In this document: positions 1 to 16,302 of the stretch, piece by piece
Numbering within the stretch: position 1 is the stretch's first letter
Layout of the letters: each line of letters opens with the position of its first letter
Assembly (NCBI GenBank): GCA_040954595.2
Contig: CM082581.2
Coordinates: 4,952,699 to 5,016,698, forward strand
Source of the DNA: Balanoglossus misakiensis
Taxonomy: Eukaryota > Animalia > Hemichordata
DNA length: 64,000 nt
Direction of reading: 5' to 3'
The notes under the pieces: model-generated
The model's input: only the letters and a program-made list of their open reading frames with translations
Database searches by the model: none
Told to the model about the DNA's origin: nothing
Program-made: the position numbers and the translations under genes

Positions 1-336
1 TCGCAAGAAATACAAAACTAAATATTGCACACTGTTAAATATCTATACTGTTACGTGATATTATATTTTTGGACAACTTGTTCAAGTATTTTTGATTCTG
101 AGACAGAAGTTCTTCTTTAAAGATTTTTTGTTTAGAAATAAGGTTATGTAGTCATGATATTGTACTCACTAATTGTTTCGTTAATTGAATTTATTTAAGA
201 CGCAATCCAGGAAACATTCAAGAAAAAACGAGGGTGCACCAAGAAGAGTGTATTCTCAATGAAAGTTGCACAGACCAAGTGAGCCTGAGTATTTCCCAAC
301 AACCGTTCTTGGATTTAAAGTCATTGGGCAACAAGA

Positions 337-384
337 GTCTCTCTCTTTCTACCCTCCCCTCTCCCTCTCTCTCTCTCCCTCCCT

Positions 385-429
<45 letters not shown>

Positions 430-443
430 CTCTCTCTCTCTCT
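337..443. repeat. (CT)n / CCCT polypyrimidine microsatellite
   Basis: Direct reading of ctctct... with a CCCT-rich segment. Confidence 0.95.
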
Positions 444-3400
444 GAGGGACTTCTCGTAAGGTCATGACGACGCAAATCAAAGGAATGATATAGTCAGCGG
501 ACCAAATATAGAGGACCTCAAAATTATATATCCTTTCCATCCTATTAATTAAATTAGTGTCGACAATATCAAAAGAAGGTTCTAAGTATCGAATGAATTG
601 ATTATGAATTAGAAATGGTATCCGACAAAATATAAGCTTCTTGTCTATGAGTTAACATTCGGTGTATAGTTACGCGCACGCGCACTCTTCTCCTTTCCCG
701 ACATCACAGCCGCTCCTCGATTCGCTGTAGCGCCGCAACCTGCGGGGAGAGATGGCGACGCGTGATATCTGAAAATAAGGACGCGGATATTGACAATATG
801 AATCCAATTTATCAAAACACCGCGCCGTAATGAACAAGTCGTAATCGGGTTTTATTGAATTGTATCTACCTTTGATTGTTGTTAGCGATAATAGGCTTAC
901 GGAAATTGAACATGTACAACACGCTGATCCGCCCAGAGTTCAAACTGTGCATCACCCAAGAAAACTGAATCCCCCACTCGAAATTGTGAATGATTTTTTT
1001 ATAACTTTATTGAAATTTATTTAGAAATACATTTTTTTCGTGATATTCTCCGTCATTTTATAGCGAACTTCCGTTAATTCTATCGTTATTTGCCGTTAAT
1101 TTCACCCCTGTCTATTCATTGTAAATACATGACTGTGTCCGGAAATTAATTAATTTATCAATGCTAACAATACAGTATGCATCGTGAATTGAGCGTTTCA
1201 AGGTAAGTCGGTTAGAACCCCGAAGTTTTCCGTATGACAAAATTACATTTTTTGTTTGTCTTTTTTTCTGCTTCGCGACGTGATCAAGTGCAAATACCAC
1301 TGAATCTTTTATCTGATTTGGATTTGGCGGTAGTAAAAATAATACACACATCAATTACTAAGTTTCGAATTTAAGGAGAATTGGTCGCGAATTATCCTCA
1401 TATTAGGTATTATCGCAAAGTCGATGAATAAAACTATATATTCTAGTGAAATGATTTCACGCCAAATGACATGAAAATATACGATATATACAGAGAGCTT
1501 TTGTTGTTTTATATGTCCAATAATACGCAAATTACACTATTTCATTAGAGGAACGAGTTGTTTTATCAGCTTCATCTTTATGCAAATCGGTTAACTTGAT
1601 AAATATTGCGACTTTTGTTGGGCATCAGACCATTGCTCAGCACAATCATGTACAGGGAATGTCAAAAGTTATTGGTCGTGGTTTTCTCAACTTGCAAGTT
1701 GTTATTTGGGCCATGTTAGCATGGACACTGTTTGTTTACGCATGAGCCCAGATACGGGACCTTTCGGTTTCCAGTAAACGTTCTGACTGGTTTTTCAAGA
1801 ACAGAATGTTTGAAGACACTTATCTGGACGCCGCTCCACCTATAAATAACCAGAGATCCCACAGCGTAATACAGCTTACGCTCGGCGTTGGCTACGCTCC
1901 CGTGAGCATCCGATGGCCCCCGTCCTCCTCACTTTACCCATTACCAATGAAAAGGAACGAATAAATTTTCATTTGTTTCTTTTAAAATCCAAAAATCCCC
2001 TCTGTGAAAACTCTCCACTTCGCCGCTTTACATGGTTCACTGGTGTCAGCGTGGAGGAGATTTTTCATCGTTAGGCTCCGCTAACAGTTTATTCGCATCG
2101 ATTCCATCGCCGCGTGTATTAAGTATTGAATTTGTAACCGAGCGACTATCGATGTTGCTAATCTTCTGCGCCTGATCGCCTTCACAGATTGGTTTAACGA
2201 TGCAAAGCTGGGCAAAATTATAGCGGGCATTAACGGGGGACGGCACAGCCAGTGAGCAAGCGGAATTCGGCTATTTTGACGTGCAATTTAGTATGTGACT
2301 GATGTATGGCGATATGGCGATACGGTATAACAAGTCGAAAATTAATTGATGGCGTGTCGGTAGTCTTAGCCGGCTTTATGTTTTCTGGCGAGCTTTGCAG
2401 CGGTGTCAAGTGACACCTATCTGTTCAAATAGCACATTCTGCAATGATCGTGAGTTATACTCTTTATTTTCATCATTCCCTCGTTAATCATCGCCGCTTC
2501 CCGATCGATGTTGGGGGGAAAACGCGCTTATTTCCAGCGGCAGCGTACACATCCGAGGGCCGTCGCGCACCGGCTATCCGAGCGACATCGCCGACAACAC
2601 GAAGTGCGCATGCACTCTGTCGGACTGACTACCGTTCTCGGTAACATGTCTCGTGTGTTCGTGCGCGTGCCTGCATCCATGAGACTGTCAGTGTCTGTGT
2701 GCGTGTCTGTTTGTCCAAATCTAGGTGCTCTTATCCCATCATGGCGGTGAATCTGCGCATTTGTCGATTTGTCGCCGAGATCTGTCGCTCAGTGAGTGGG
2801 GGCTCCCTGCAGCGCTGCTTTTTTTCCGCCGCTCTACCGTCAAGCTCTCATTCTCCTCTCTCCCAACGAAAACAGATCAAGTCAAGTCACCCAGGCTGCA
2901 CTTACGAGGCGAGTCACCTTATCGCGTGACCTGCCTGTTTTATTAAAAGCCACTCAAAAATTGAAGAACAAAAAATAGAAAGCGCTTTGGTGTCTATGAA
3001 TATATTAAAATCTCCACGGGCAGAGATGGCGGGGTAATACGCTGTGATGTGATCACTTAGAAGAAATCAATCGGGCTAGTGTGATTGATGGAACGTTGGG
3101 GAATATCGCCTGGATTGCTGAAAATCCCTATAAAATATACCTTCTGTTGATTGTCTATAATGTCTATTATCTGGCAGACGAGGCTCTCGGTGTTGGCTAG
3201 TAACCGTCTATCCCATAATACGTAGATTAAGAGCTCTACTTTCTTATTTACCCCGGTGCCCTTAATGATTTTTGCCAATTTCATGAAGCGTTTCTAATGA
3301 CAGCCGGGGAATCCCCCGGATTTCCATGTCGTTTACTCCAATAATCATGTCAATTTCATGTCAATTTCACCGTATGATCTCTCTTCAAGCTACATCAACT

Positions 3401-5551
3401 GCCGCTAAAATCATGATTTACGCCCGGCTTTCGGCGAATGAGGATTTATGATTGCATAGCGCATGCGCTCTGTCTCAATTTTCCGCGCCAAGCGCCTGTA
3501 AGCGCATCCTGTCTCGTATATGATCTCCATTTCGTATTTTTTTGAAAACAAGATTATCAACGGAATAAAATTGTTAATTAAGGGCGCGTTTGTAAGCAGA
3601 TATAATGGACAGAAAACACACCAAGAATGGTAACAGATTAGTTTGGACTCAACTGTTCAATGATATATAGTCGATCTCTGACTTTGCGAATCCCCTAAAA
3701 TGTCGAAACTCTCTTTTTATTCAAATTTGAAACTTTGATGAAAGAAGTCCAGCGGAGAAATATAGCATGGCAGGGACATGTGATAGGAAATGAGAATAAT
3801 GTTTACCGTCCCACTACTGAAGACCATGTGTGAGTGTGTTCAGTCGGCATAGCCTAGCCATTGTTGAAAATTGAAATAAAGTTTCAGATTTGATATCATT
3901 TGTCAGTCATGACATTGATAGTGGTAATGAGTACATGTACCCACTGCACCAAATCGCCTGGCAAAGAAACTTTTGTCAGTTTTGGTATTTTTTTCTGTGT
4001 ATCCGTCACAATTTCTTTTTCTTCTCCCAACAATATGTTTATACGCCCAGTATTCAACTTGTCATCACAGCCTATAACCACCACTTTACTGTTGACAATT
4101 TAATTTGAATCCGGACTGAATTCAAATGTCAATAATAAAATTGTAATTTACATGTATACGCACGTGTACTTAGTTGACAGGCTAAATACTTGGCATTTAC
4201 TGCTTAAGCGAAGAGAACAAAAAAAACAGTAATTGTTATAGAGACCAAAAATAGACAAGTTCGTAAAAAGTTACAGTTTTCGTCCATTTACTAACCTCAC
4301 CCTCTGTGTGTTTTCAAGACAGCTCAGAACAATGTGTACATATTGTTATCGACGAAAGAATAAGTTGTCGGCTGGAGCAGAGAAAAAAAATCCACACTGC
4401 GACTTTGTCAAAGATACTGTTGATACAGTTTTGATAGATAGTTGCATGCGTGAATAATTTACATTCGAAAAAATCCCTTTCTTTTCTAGTCTAGTACATT
4501 GCATTATACCAGCTCACCGGGGTTTATTTTCTTTCTTGCCTTTTTTCGGAGATTTGTATTTTGTAAAGCCATGAGTATTCATCCCCGGGGGGTCAGTGAA
4601 CAGCGACCACTTTATCCGCATAAAAACGAGTTTTGACATCTTTCCTCTTTTCCGGGAACTTCACATGAAACGTGAAACTTCCCTATTCACTCCGCTCGCT
4701 GGGATTAACGTGACAAAGTGACTCGATTTAGTATTCAAATATTAAAACCCATAGACACTGAATAGAGCCGTAGCTGATGGCGGTACGCAGTGCCATGAAT
4801 ATTTAACGACTTCTATAGTGTTTGTTGTGCTGTTGAGCTAACCAAACTCCTTCTTCGGTTTCCGGGACTCGAATAAGCGGCGATTCCACCCCACTCTGTC
4901 TCAGATTCGAGAGAGGTGTCCCCAAAGACTCGTGTAGACACGATTACGGCACTGGCGCCCAAATGAAACGCCGGGTATATACTTTGCCGAGTGAAATTTT
5001 CACAAAATGATATTAAAAGTTCACAAAATGTTTCAATGGCTCGCCAATCTTTTATTGATGTTCCTCCGGGAAGTAAAATCCTGGCGGATGGCTGGCGCAT
5101 GCGCTCCTCCAGCCTGACTATAGCACCGCATAAGACTACTGGTTTCTGTTACTGAGGCTAATAAACTGCGAATCTATGTAATTTTAATGATAAAGGTCGG
5201 ACTTTGGATCATGGAGGAGACAAGGTCACTTCCAGCTCCCCTTGTATATATTCCTGTTAAAATCTGACAAGGGGTAAAAAAGCGTTTAATATTTATTGGT
5301 TTAAATCTTCAATAAGATTTTCGGGATTCGGCTGCAAAGTGTTCACGTGCTTATCATGAACAATGTCCCCTGATTCAAGCGTAGGAAGGTACGGTCAGCA
5401 GACCGTCTCTGTGACTTTCATTCTTACCGTCATATCCACATTTTATGATTCAAGTAAACGACTACTAAATAATTCATTGATCAGGTTAACCATGACCAGA
5501 TCAGGAAATCAGCCACGATGGTTATACGAAACACGCCGAGACTGAATAGCC

Positions 5552-5719
5552 GACTGACCTACTGACTGACTGACTGACTGACTGACTGACTGACTGAATG
5601 AATGAATGAATGAATGAATGAATGAATGAATGAATGAATGAATGAATGAATGAATGAATGAATGAATGAATGAATGAATGAATGAATGAATGAATGAACG
5701 AATGAATGAATGAATGAAT
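5552..5719. repeat. Compound tetranucleotide microsatellite (GACT)n(GAAT)n
   Basis: Direct reading. Confidence 0.97.
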
Positions 5720-6274
5720 GGTTTGCTGGCTGACACGTTCACCTAGTGCTAATCCAATCACCCACTCACTCACTCGCCAATTAAATTTATAACCTGTCAA
5801 CCTAATATAATTTTCTTTTTAATAATAAATAAATTAACCCTAATAAGCTGTGATAAGCAGATTAGTATATAAGTGTGTAAACAAAAGATAACGATACGTA
5901 TAAGTGGTTAGATTTAGTATTTTTTAATCAAGAGGCAATCGTTTATTAGAGAGTAACCATCCTCGGCTGAAACCTACGCACTTGACTTTTGCTACTTTTA
6001 CCATCAGCGGTATTTACATATGAAACCCCTGAATTCATGAACCAATTCAGGGGTCGTTTTTTTCACAAATCATGGCCGGTCAAAGGGGACGACTGTCCAC
6101 AAGAAGATGAATAAGATCACAGTTTTGGGTTTTGTGTTGGTGGCGCTGCACTCAGTATGGTGTTTCATTTTGATTGCAGGTGACGTTGTTAGACTGTCTT
6201 AGACTGTCGATGTCGAAATCAAATATTCGTCAAGACATTTTGTCGAGAAATTAGAAAACTATCAACATCTTTCT

Positions 6275-6523
6275 TTAAAGGGACAAAGTCTCTCTCTCAC
6301 TGCCCTTTTTTCATTAATTATGTTCGATACAAGACACAGTTTATGTTATTCTACATGTGGATATATAGTGAACCAATGTTTGGCCACACGCAACTTCCAT
6401 CCCGTTTGTAGGAAACGAGAGTAAAAATCTCGCCAAAATTAATAAATGGTGAAGACTGGTTATTCATTTTGGCGAATTTTTCACTCTTGTGGGATGGAAG
6501 TTGTGTGTGATCGAACGTTGATT
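6275..6523. mobile_element. Palindromic MITE-like remnant starting TTAA|AGGGACAAAGTC, right arm apparently truncated
   Basis: Arms AACCAATGTTTGGCCACACGCAACTTCCATCCC (6371-6403) and GGGATGGAAGTTGTGTGTGATCGAACGTTGATT (about 6490-6522) pair imperfectly, as do the inner CGCCAAAAT and ATTTTGGCG. The same TTTAAAGGGACAAAGTCTC start recurs at about 27527. Confidence 0.6.
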
Positions 6524-7620
6524 GACCCCCCCCCCCCCTTCCACGCTGAACGTCAGATCTTTATCTAGATTTGTCCATCTTCTGTTTAAACCAACCAGTA
6601 AACCGACCAATTTCCTCGCTGTTAGGGGGTAAATCATCCCCCACAGACAACCACTATCAGAAGAACAGACTACTCATTCAAAATCACAGCAAGTGACTGA
6701 CGTAACTGCACTCGGTTACAGCAGGTTCATAGGTCAGAGTTCAGAAGTCGTCAGAAAGTCTAGATTGACGGCGCTTCGGACCGTCCACAACAAACGAAAG
6801 AAATTAAGATACACTAGTTTATGTATGAGAAATTCTTATTTATATTTTAATAAAAGAAAAGTGATAATTGGCAAGAATTAATAAACACTTATTCTGTAAC
6901 ATGGGTTGATTTTTCGTGAGGATTTCACGGTCATGATTTTCCAAATTCAGAAATTCTGGAAAAAAATCTCTTAACTACAAAACGCTACACGTGGACAATC
7001 AACGTGGCAAAACATTACATATAGAAATTTTTCGATTTTTCACAAAATATAAATATACTACAGTACTCGGTGGTTTCACGATATCAAAAGGTAATCATTT
7101 TGATTGAAAACTGAAACAATTGTCAGGGTAATGATTACTATCGTTTCTGGCGACAAAAACGACACAAAAACCAAATCAATGTTCTAGATGAGAATGAAAT
7201 CTCATAAAGCATTTTTTTCAGTCATTGTCTTGCACTGTCCCTAAGATTATCTTAGAAAATTAACACTTGGATTGTGACATTTCAATTCAACCTGATTTTC
7301 ACAACACATGAGATGGATGTAGTTGCGAATAATTTCTGCTGATCATTCGAAGTCTTCGACTTAAGCAGTTCGTGTGTGTTTCTGAAGAGACGAGCATATC
7401 GCACACTGGCGAGGCAGCGTGCGTGCCTTCGTATCCTCGCGGATGTCTCCTGGCTTTCACGCGTTAATCGGTACATAACGCCTTTCGTCGTCGAATATTT
7501 AAAAATAAATATATTTAAGTCAAATATCTGCTATGGCATTTGTCCCAGCAGTGGCGCACCTTGCAGTAAAGCACGTCAGCGCCCAGAGTCTCTGACAATC
7601 TCGCTGTGAGGTTCGGTTTT

Positions 7621-11624
<4,004 letters not shown>

Positions 11625-14337
11625 CACGGAAGTTATGTGGAACCAAAAATGACAAGCGTTCTCGAAAACAGGCAACGGAGAAGTTTCTCAGCGCGAGATG
11701 CCTGGCGTCCGCTGTTGCCTGAGAGCCGGGCTCAACACTCACGGTATATGTACAGCCCACTGCGTGCGGTGCGACAGTAGCAACGGGTGTAGACGGTGTG
11801 TTACTTTGGTAGAGCGAGCCCGCAGCTGCGGACTATATCACCGTCTTGTTTGAATGGCTAATAGCTGGTCATCTACAGTTTACAACCGAGAACAGGATAT
11901 TAATGAAAGTGGCCCGACACGTCAAAAGTCCAGCCCCAACCGCTGAAAGCTGACTTTTAATTGGCTGCCAAATTAATTGCTAACTGGGCCAACTTTGCAG
12001 TGGGATGTAATATGAATGCGATTATCACCCGGGACACTTCACTCAAAAGGAAGCGACTATTTATAATAAAAAGCCCCTCCGCTGTTCCCAATGACATTCC
12101 CCCGGAATAGTAATTCTACTCGACTAATGAGGTGCAACATAGTCCAATGAATACCTACGTCAAAGTGATTAATATTTTCTTTTGTTGTCTGCACAAAGCT
12201 CTGTTTTCTTTGATGTCACTGCAATTGTCAAATAAGGTGAATGCTGCGGAAACGTTGATTTTCTTGCGTGGTGTCAGCCTAAGCCGGGCGAAACCCTTCT
12301 TAAGATCTTTGCCGCTGAGCCAATGGTTGGCGCTTGACACGGGGTGCATACTTAACACATAGGTGAGACGATTGGTCCACGGCTACTTGCTACCCTATTG
12401 CTAGACCAGGCAAACTGGGAAGGCGCGTCTCAAGCGGCCGCGATTCGGTCGCGAGCGGACGAGATTTAGCTCAGACAAGTGCCAGGGATGTGATTTGCCC
12501 GGATAGTCCAAGCCAAAGCAAAGCCTGCATGAGAACTCGTAGAGTGACGATGTGACGCTACCTCCCCCCTGCAGGAATCGGTCGCCTCAAAGAGGTGCGT
12601 ACTGAAAAGTCCTCCATCAATATTTTGTTTAGACGGTAAGCCGAGACAATAGGATCCGCATTGAGTCAATTTATTCGAAACCGCGCACACTATTATCTAA
12701 ATGAGTAGCTTTTCAGGAAGAAAATTAAAACTCTCTCCAAATCGAGTTGTGTCAACAGCCCTTTGTAATTTGCTTATTGCCTGTAAACACATTAGCCTAT
12801 CAAGCATCGCTGTCGGCGTTCCTCTGTACCTGGGACACTGCTTTGCAATTGGCGTGCCCACGACCAAGAAAGCAGAAATAAATGCATGACAAGAGCGGCG
12901 CGTAATAAGCTTTTACGCGCTGATCACTGGGGTCGAATTCAATTAAAAGGTTGAAGCCGAGATGATTATCTGACAATTGGAAGGGAAGTAGACAACCCAA
13001 TAGCGGTGGGGTTTGCTTTACAGGATGGAAGTAAACTATCCGATTTATTACAGTCAACACGTAGAGGACATGGACGAGGGGCGTTCGGTGTCGCGGAGGA
13101 AACCGCTAGTGTTTCCCGTGATTCGCCTTATCGGTCAAAAGGAAGGGTACAGGGCGGGGCCGGGCCACAAGAGTCCTTGAATTGAGAAGCGCGCCCGGTC
13201 TCACAGTGTTTTTGCCATAGCGGGAATTCGCAAATCTGATTGCGCCCAAATCCGGTAGTTAATCGGTGGGCTCTGCTGATTATACCTTCTGGTTGTATTC
13301 AAGTCAATTTCCGTGAGCCAATTAGTGAGTTTGCTGACGCATTTTTTGTGTGTATTTGTACGGAATTGCCCATCGAGATGGTGGGACGATTAGACCCCAG
13401 TCTGCCTGGCCAGTTTGGACCTCTGTCGTAATTGATAGGCCTAATCCATTTCACGTCCATGCTGCGAGGTGTGAACGATGGCGTTCCATTGAAATGAATA
13501 CCGGTTTTAACTATCTTACACCACTTGTTTATACAAATCGGACACTTCAACCGGGGTCTAAACAAACTGGCCGTTGACACTGCGCCTTTGCGGTTCGGCA
13601 CTATTTACATGCTTAAGATTTTGAGCCCTCGCTCTTTTGTGACGAGTGCCCGATTTGCCTTTGACGATTGTTAAAACAATTCCCATTTCGCTTGTTTCCG
13701 CATAGTTTCACTGGGCTCGGTGGTCATACCACGCCAGACGGATAATCGCGGAAATGAACCCCGGCTCACCGCCGCGCCGCGCGCATTTCTGACCGTTCCT
13801 CCCTGATCGCATCCCCTCGCCCTAGCGCTGAAGTGCGAAACTCGGTTTTACGAGCTCTGGTAACGATTTGAGTGTAATTGATTGCTACGGTAGAATTCAA
13901 CTGGAATTTTTTGGCGGGCAAGAGGTAATAGGAATTCATGCTCTGACATGGTTAGATGTGATTGGCAAGTTAGTGTTAATGACCCCGCACTGTACTTTAC
14001 CGATTTCTATCGTTGGATGTGAAACTGTTTACTTCAACACTTTGCCGAATTCTATAATCTCATTAAATTTCAGCCTATTACAACTAAGAGGTAATTAACA
14101 CTCTCGCTGATGAGTTCTCTTTCTTTGTTTCAAGGTTTTCTTGTTAATTGCCGACAGACAACCACTCACTCCAAACTGAATCCCCCAGACGCGTTTTACT
14201 TTTACACGTGTAAAACTCCTCACCACTTGTGTTTAGAGATTGATCCACGGCCACTAACTTATAAAAATATACATCGGTAACTCAGTGGAAAGCTGCCAGT
14301 GGTCAATCTTTAAGAGGGGGGAGGTGGAAGAAATAGT

Positions 14338-14381
14338 CGTATGTATGTATGGATGGATGGTTGGATGGATGGATGGATGGA
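14338..14381. repeat. (GTAT)n(GGAT)n short microsatellite
   Basis: Direct reading. Confidence 0.85.
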
Positions 14382-16042
14382 ATACAAATATATGTTATTT
14401 ACAATCGTCTCTCCGAAGGATGGCGAAATAAAACTCATGTGCGCTTAGTCACTGATAAGTATATTTTATTCACAAACAGATCAGACATAAAGAGGGGTGT
14501 CAACAGAAGCGTAAAATAGATGTGTCTGAATATCGATCGTTGCGCAGCCCCCTTTCAACGTGAAATTTCCACCGTCGATAGATTACTTAGTTTTTAGACG
14601 GCACGAATAATTTCCGCATACAGTTTACTCCTACTATGAAACCCTTGACAACAGTCTGTCGAGTAAGTCCGTTTCTCTGGGTCGAATCACTGAGGTACAA
14701 CCCAGAGCTGGGATGAGTAACAAATCCGTATCGTTTCAACCCATTATATTCATTTGCGGGCAGTCACTTAACCAATCCAGCCAGGTCATTGTGACCGTGA
14801 CCAGGTATTAAAGCGGTATAAATTGGGGAACTGTCGCTATAATATAAGCTAGAGCTGATATAAGATCGTGTTCATCAAATTGATGAACTGGTGCGAGACC
14901 AGGTGATAGACCTGTTTATCACAGATGTCTGTCAGCCTATCTCTCTGTCTGTTTGTTCAACAATGTATGTTGTTCTCACCCTATTGGCCCACAAGTAGAG
15001 GGTCCATGATTGGACGAACGGCTTTTAACTGTGCAATTCATATTATGTGTCGGGAACAAAAGTGTTTACCGCGAGTGGAGATTGGACTAATTCACAGTTT
15101 TGTCCTACGTTTGCATAGACAGTCACAAACACAGTCTCTCTCCGGGGACCGTGTCACAAAACAATCAATCAATCAATCACGGATCACAGACAGTGACAGT
15201 GGGAGAAATTGTGACACATGAAAGTTACACCTGGACTTATCATGTACAAGCAAGTTTAAAAGTTGCTGTTTCCGAATGATCTGTGGCATGGAGTAAAAAA
15301 ACATGCTGCATTTCATCCGCTGTTTGTAAATTTAAAAAAACTTGTACTTTCAAATAAATGTGAATTAGTGCAGAAATATCGACTACCCTTTGGCTGGAAT
15401 CTGTATACTTAAACCAAGTTTAAACATTTCACCATGGTTGGAAGCGATGTCGCATTCCCCGTATTGACATGGATGGCAGAATTAAATCTGGCCACCTGAC
15501 CGTCTATTGGCCGCGCTACCGTGACAGAAACGTGTCATTGGCACCATGACCAGAGAGATGAGGTTCTCAATGAAAAGAGCTACTATGCGAATTAGGCAGG
15601 TATTCGTCACGCGCTGAAAATTACATGCGAATTGTTTCCTACAGTGGCGACACGGGCGAAGTCATTGGACTGTCTCGAGTTTGCGTTACATACATTAGTC
15701 TTTGATCCAAAGCAATTGCGGTGATCAACAATCTGGTCATCACGAGTAGGATCATTCTGAATTTAAACTTTTCATTTACGTTCTTTCGGCTTCCGTGTGC
15801 TCCAGTGTTTAGACAGTGGCGCGATCGCGGCATTGTGGGATTTCCCGTTAACGATGAAATATTCTCAGTTCGCACTTCGCGAAACGTTTTGAGTAAGAAC
15901 CATTTATTGGAGAACGCAGTGTATTTTACTTAAAAGTCTGAGCTGGCCGTTTTCGTGACCGTTGTTGTGATTCGTGGGGCTGGACTGCGATTCTCAGTGA
16001 CATCATGGGAACAACTGTCACGAGAGAAGCGAAGGCAAACCC

Positions 16043-16302
16043 CAATCTGATTAAAATCAGATGTAGGGTACGGGTATTCTTGTGGTGTCGCCTCATACTA
16101 CGTTGCGTCGATATACACTGAAGGATACATATCGTTCTCTATAAGGCGCCTTCTGATTGGTTTACTGGCCCAGTAAAGCCTCAGATTTTCAGCGGGAGCT
16201 TCATTGGGAGTTGGTCAGATGTGTGAGGCGAGCGCACAAGAATACCGCGCACCGCGAAGTAAAAGGCGTCGCCGTACCCTTCATCTGATTTTAATCAGAT
16301 TG
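16043..16302. mobile_element. 260-bp MITE with terminal inverted repeats
   Basis: Left CAATCTGATTAAAATCAGATGTAGGGTACGG pairs with right CCGTACCCTTCATCTGATTTTAATCAGATTG (1 mismatch in 31). Inner GGTATTCTTGTG..TCGCCTCA pairs with TGAGGCGA..CACAAGAATACC. No ORF. Confidence 0.8.

Noticed and set aside
218-540. ER-repeat and SL-repeat ORFs (likewise the IHSF, SIYL and SVCL ORFs at 5.5, 25, 30 and 47.5 kb)
   Set aside because: All are translations of simple-sequence repeats.
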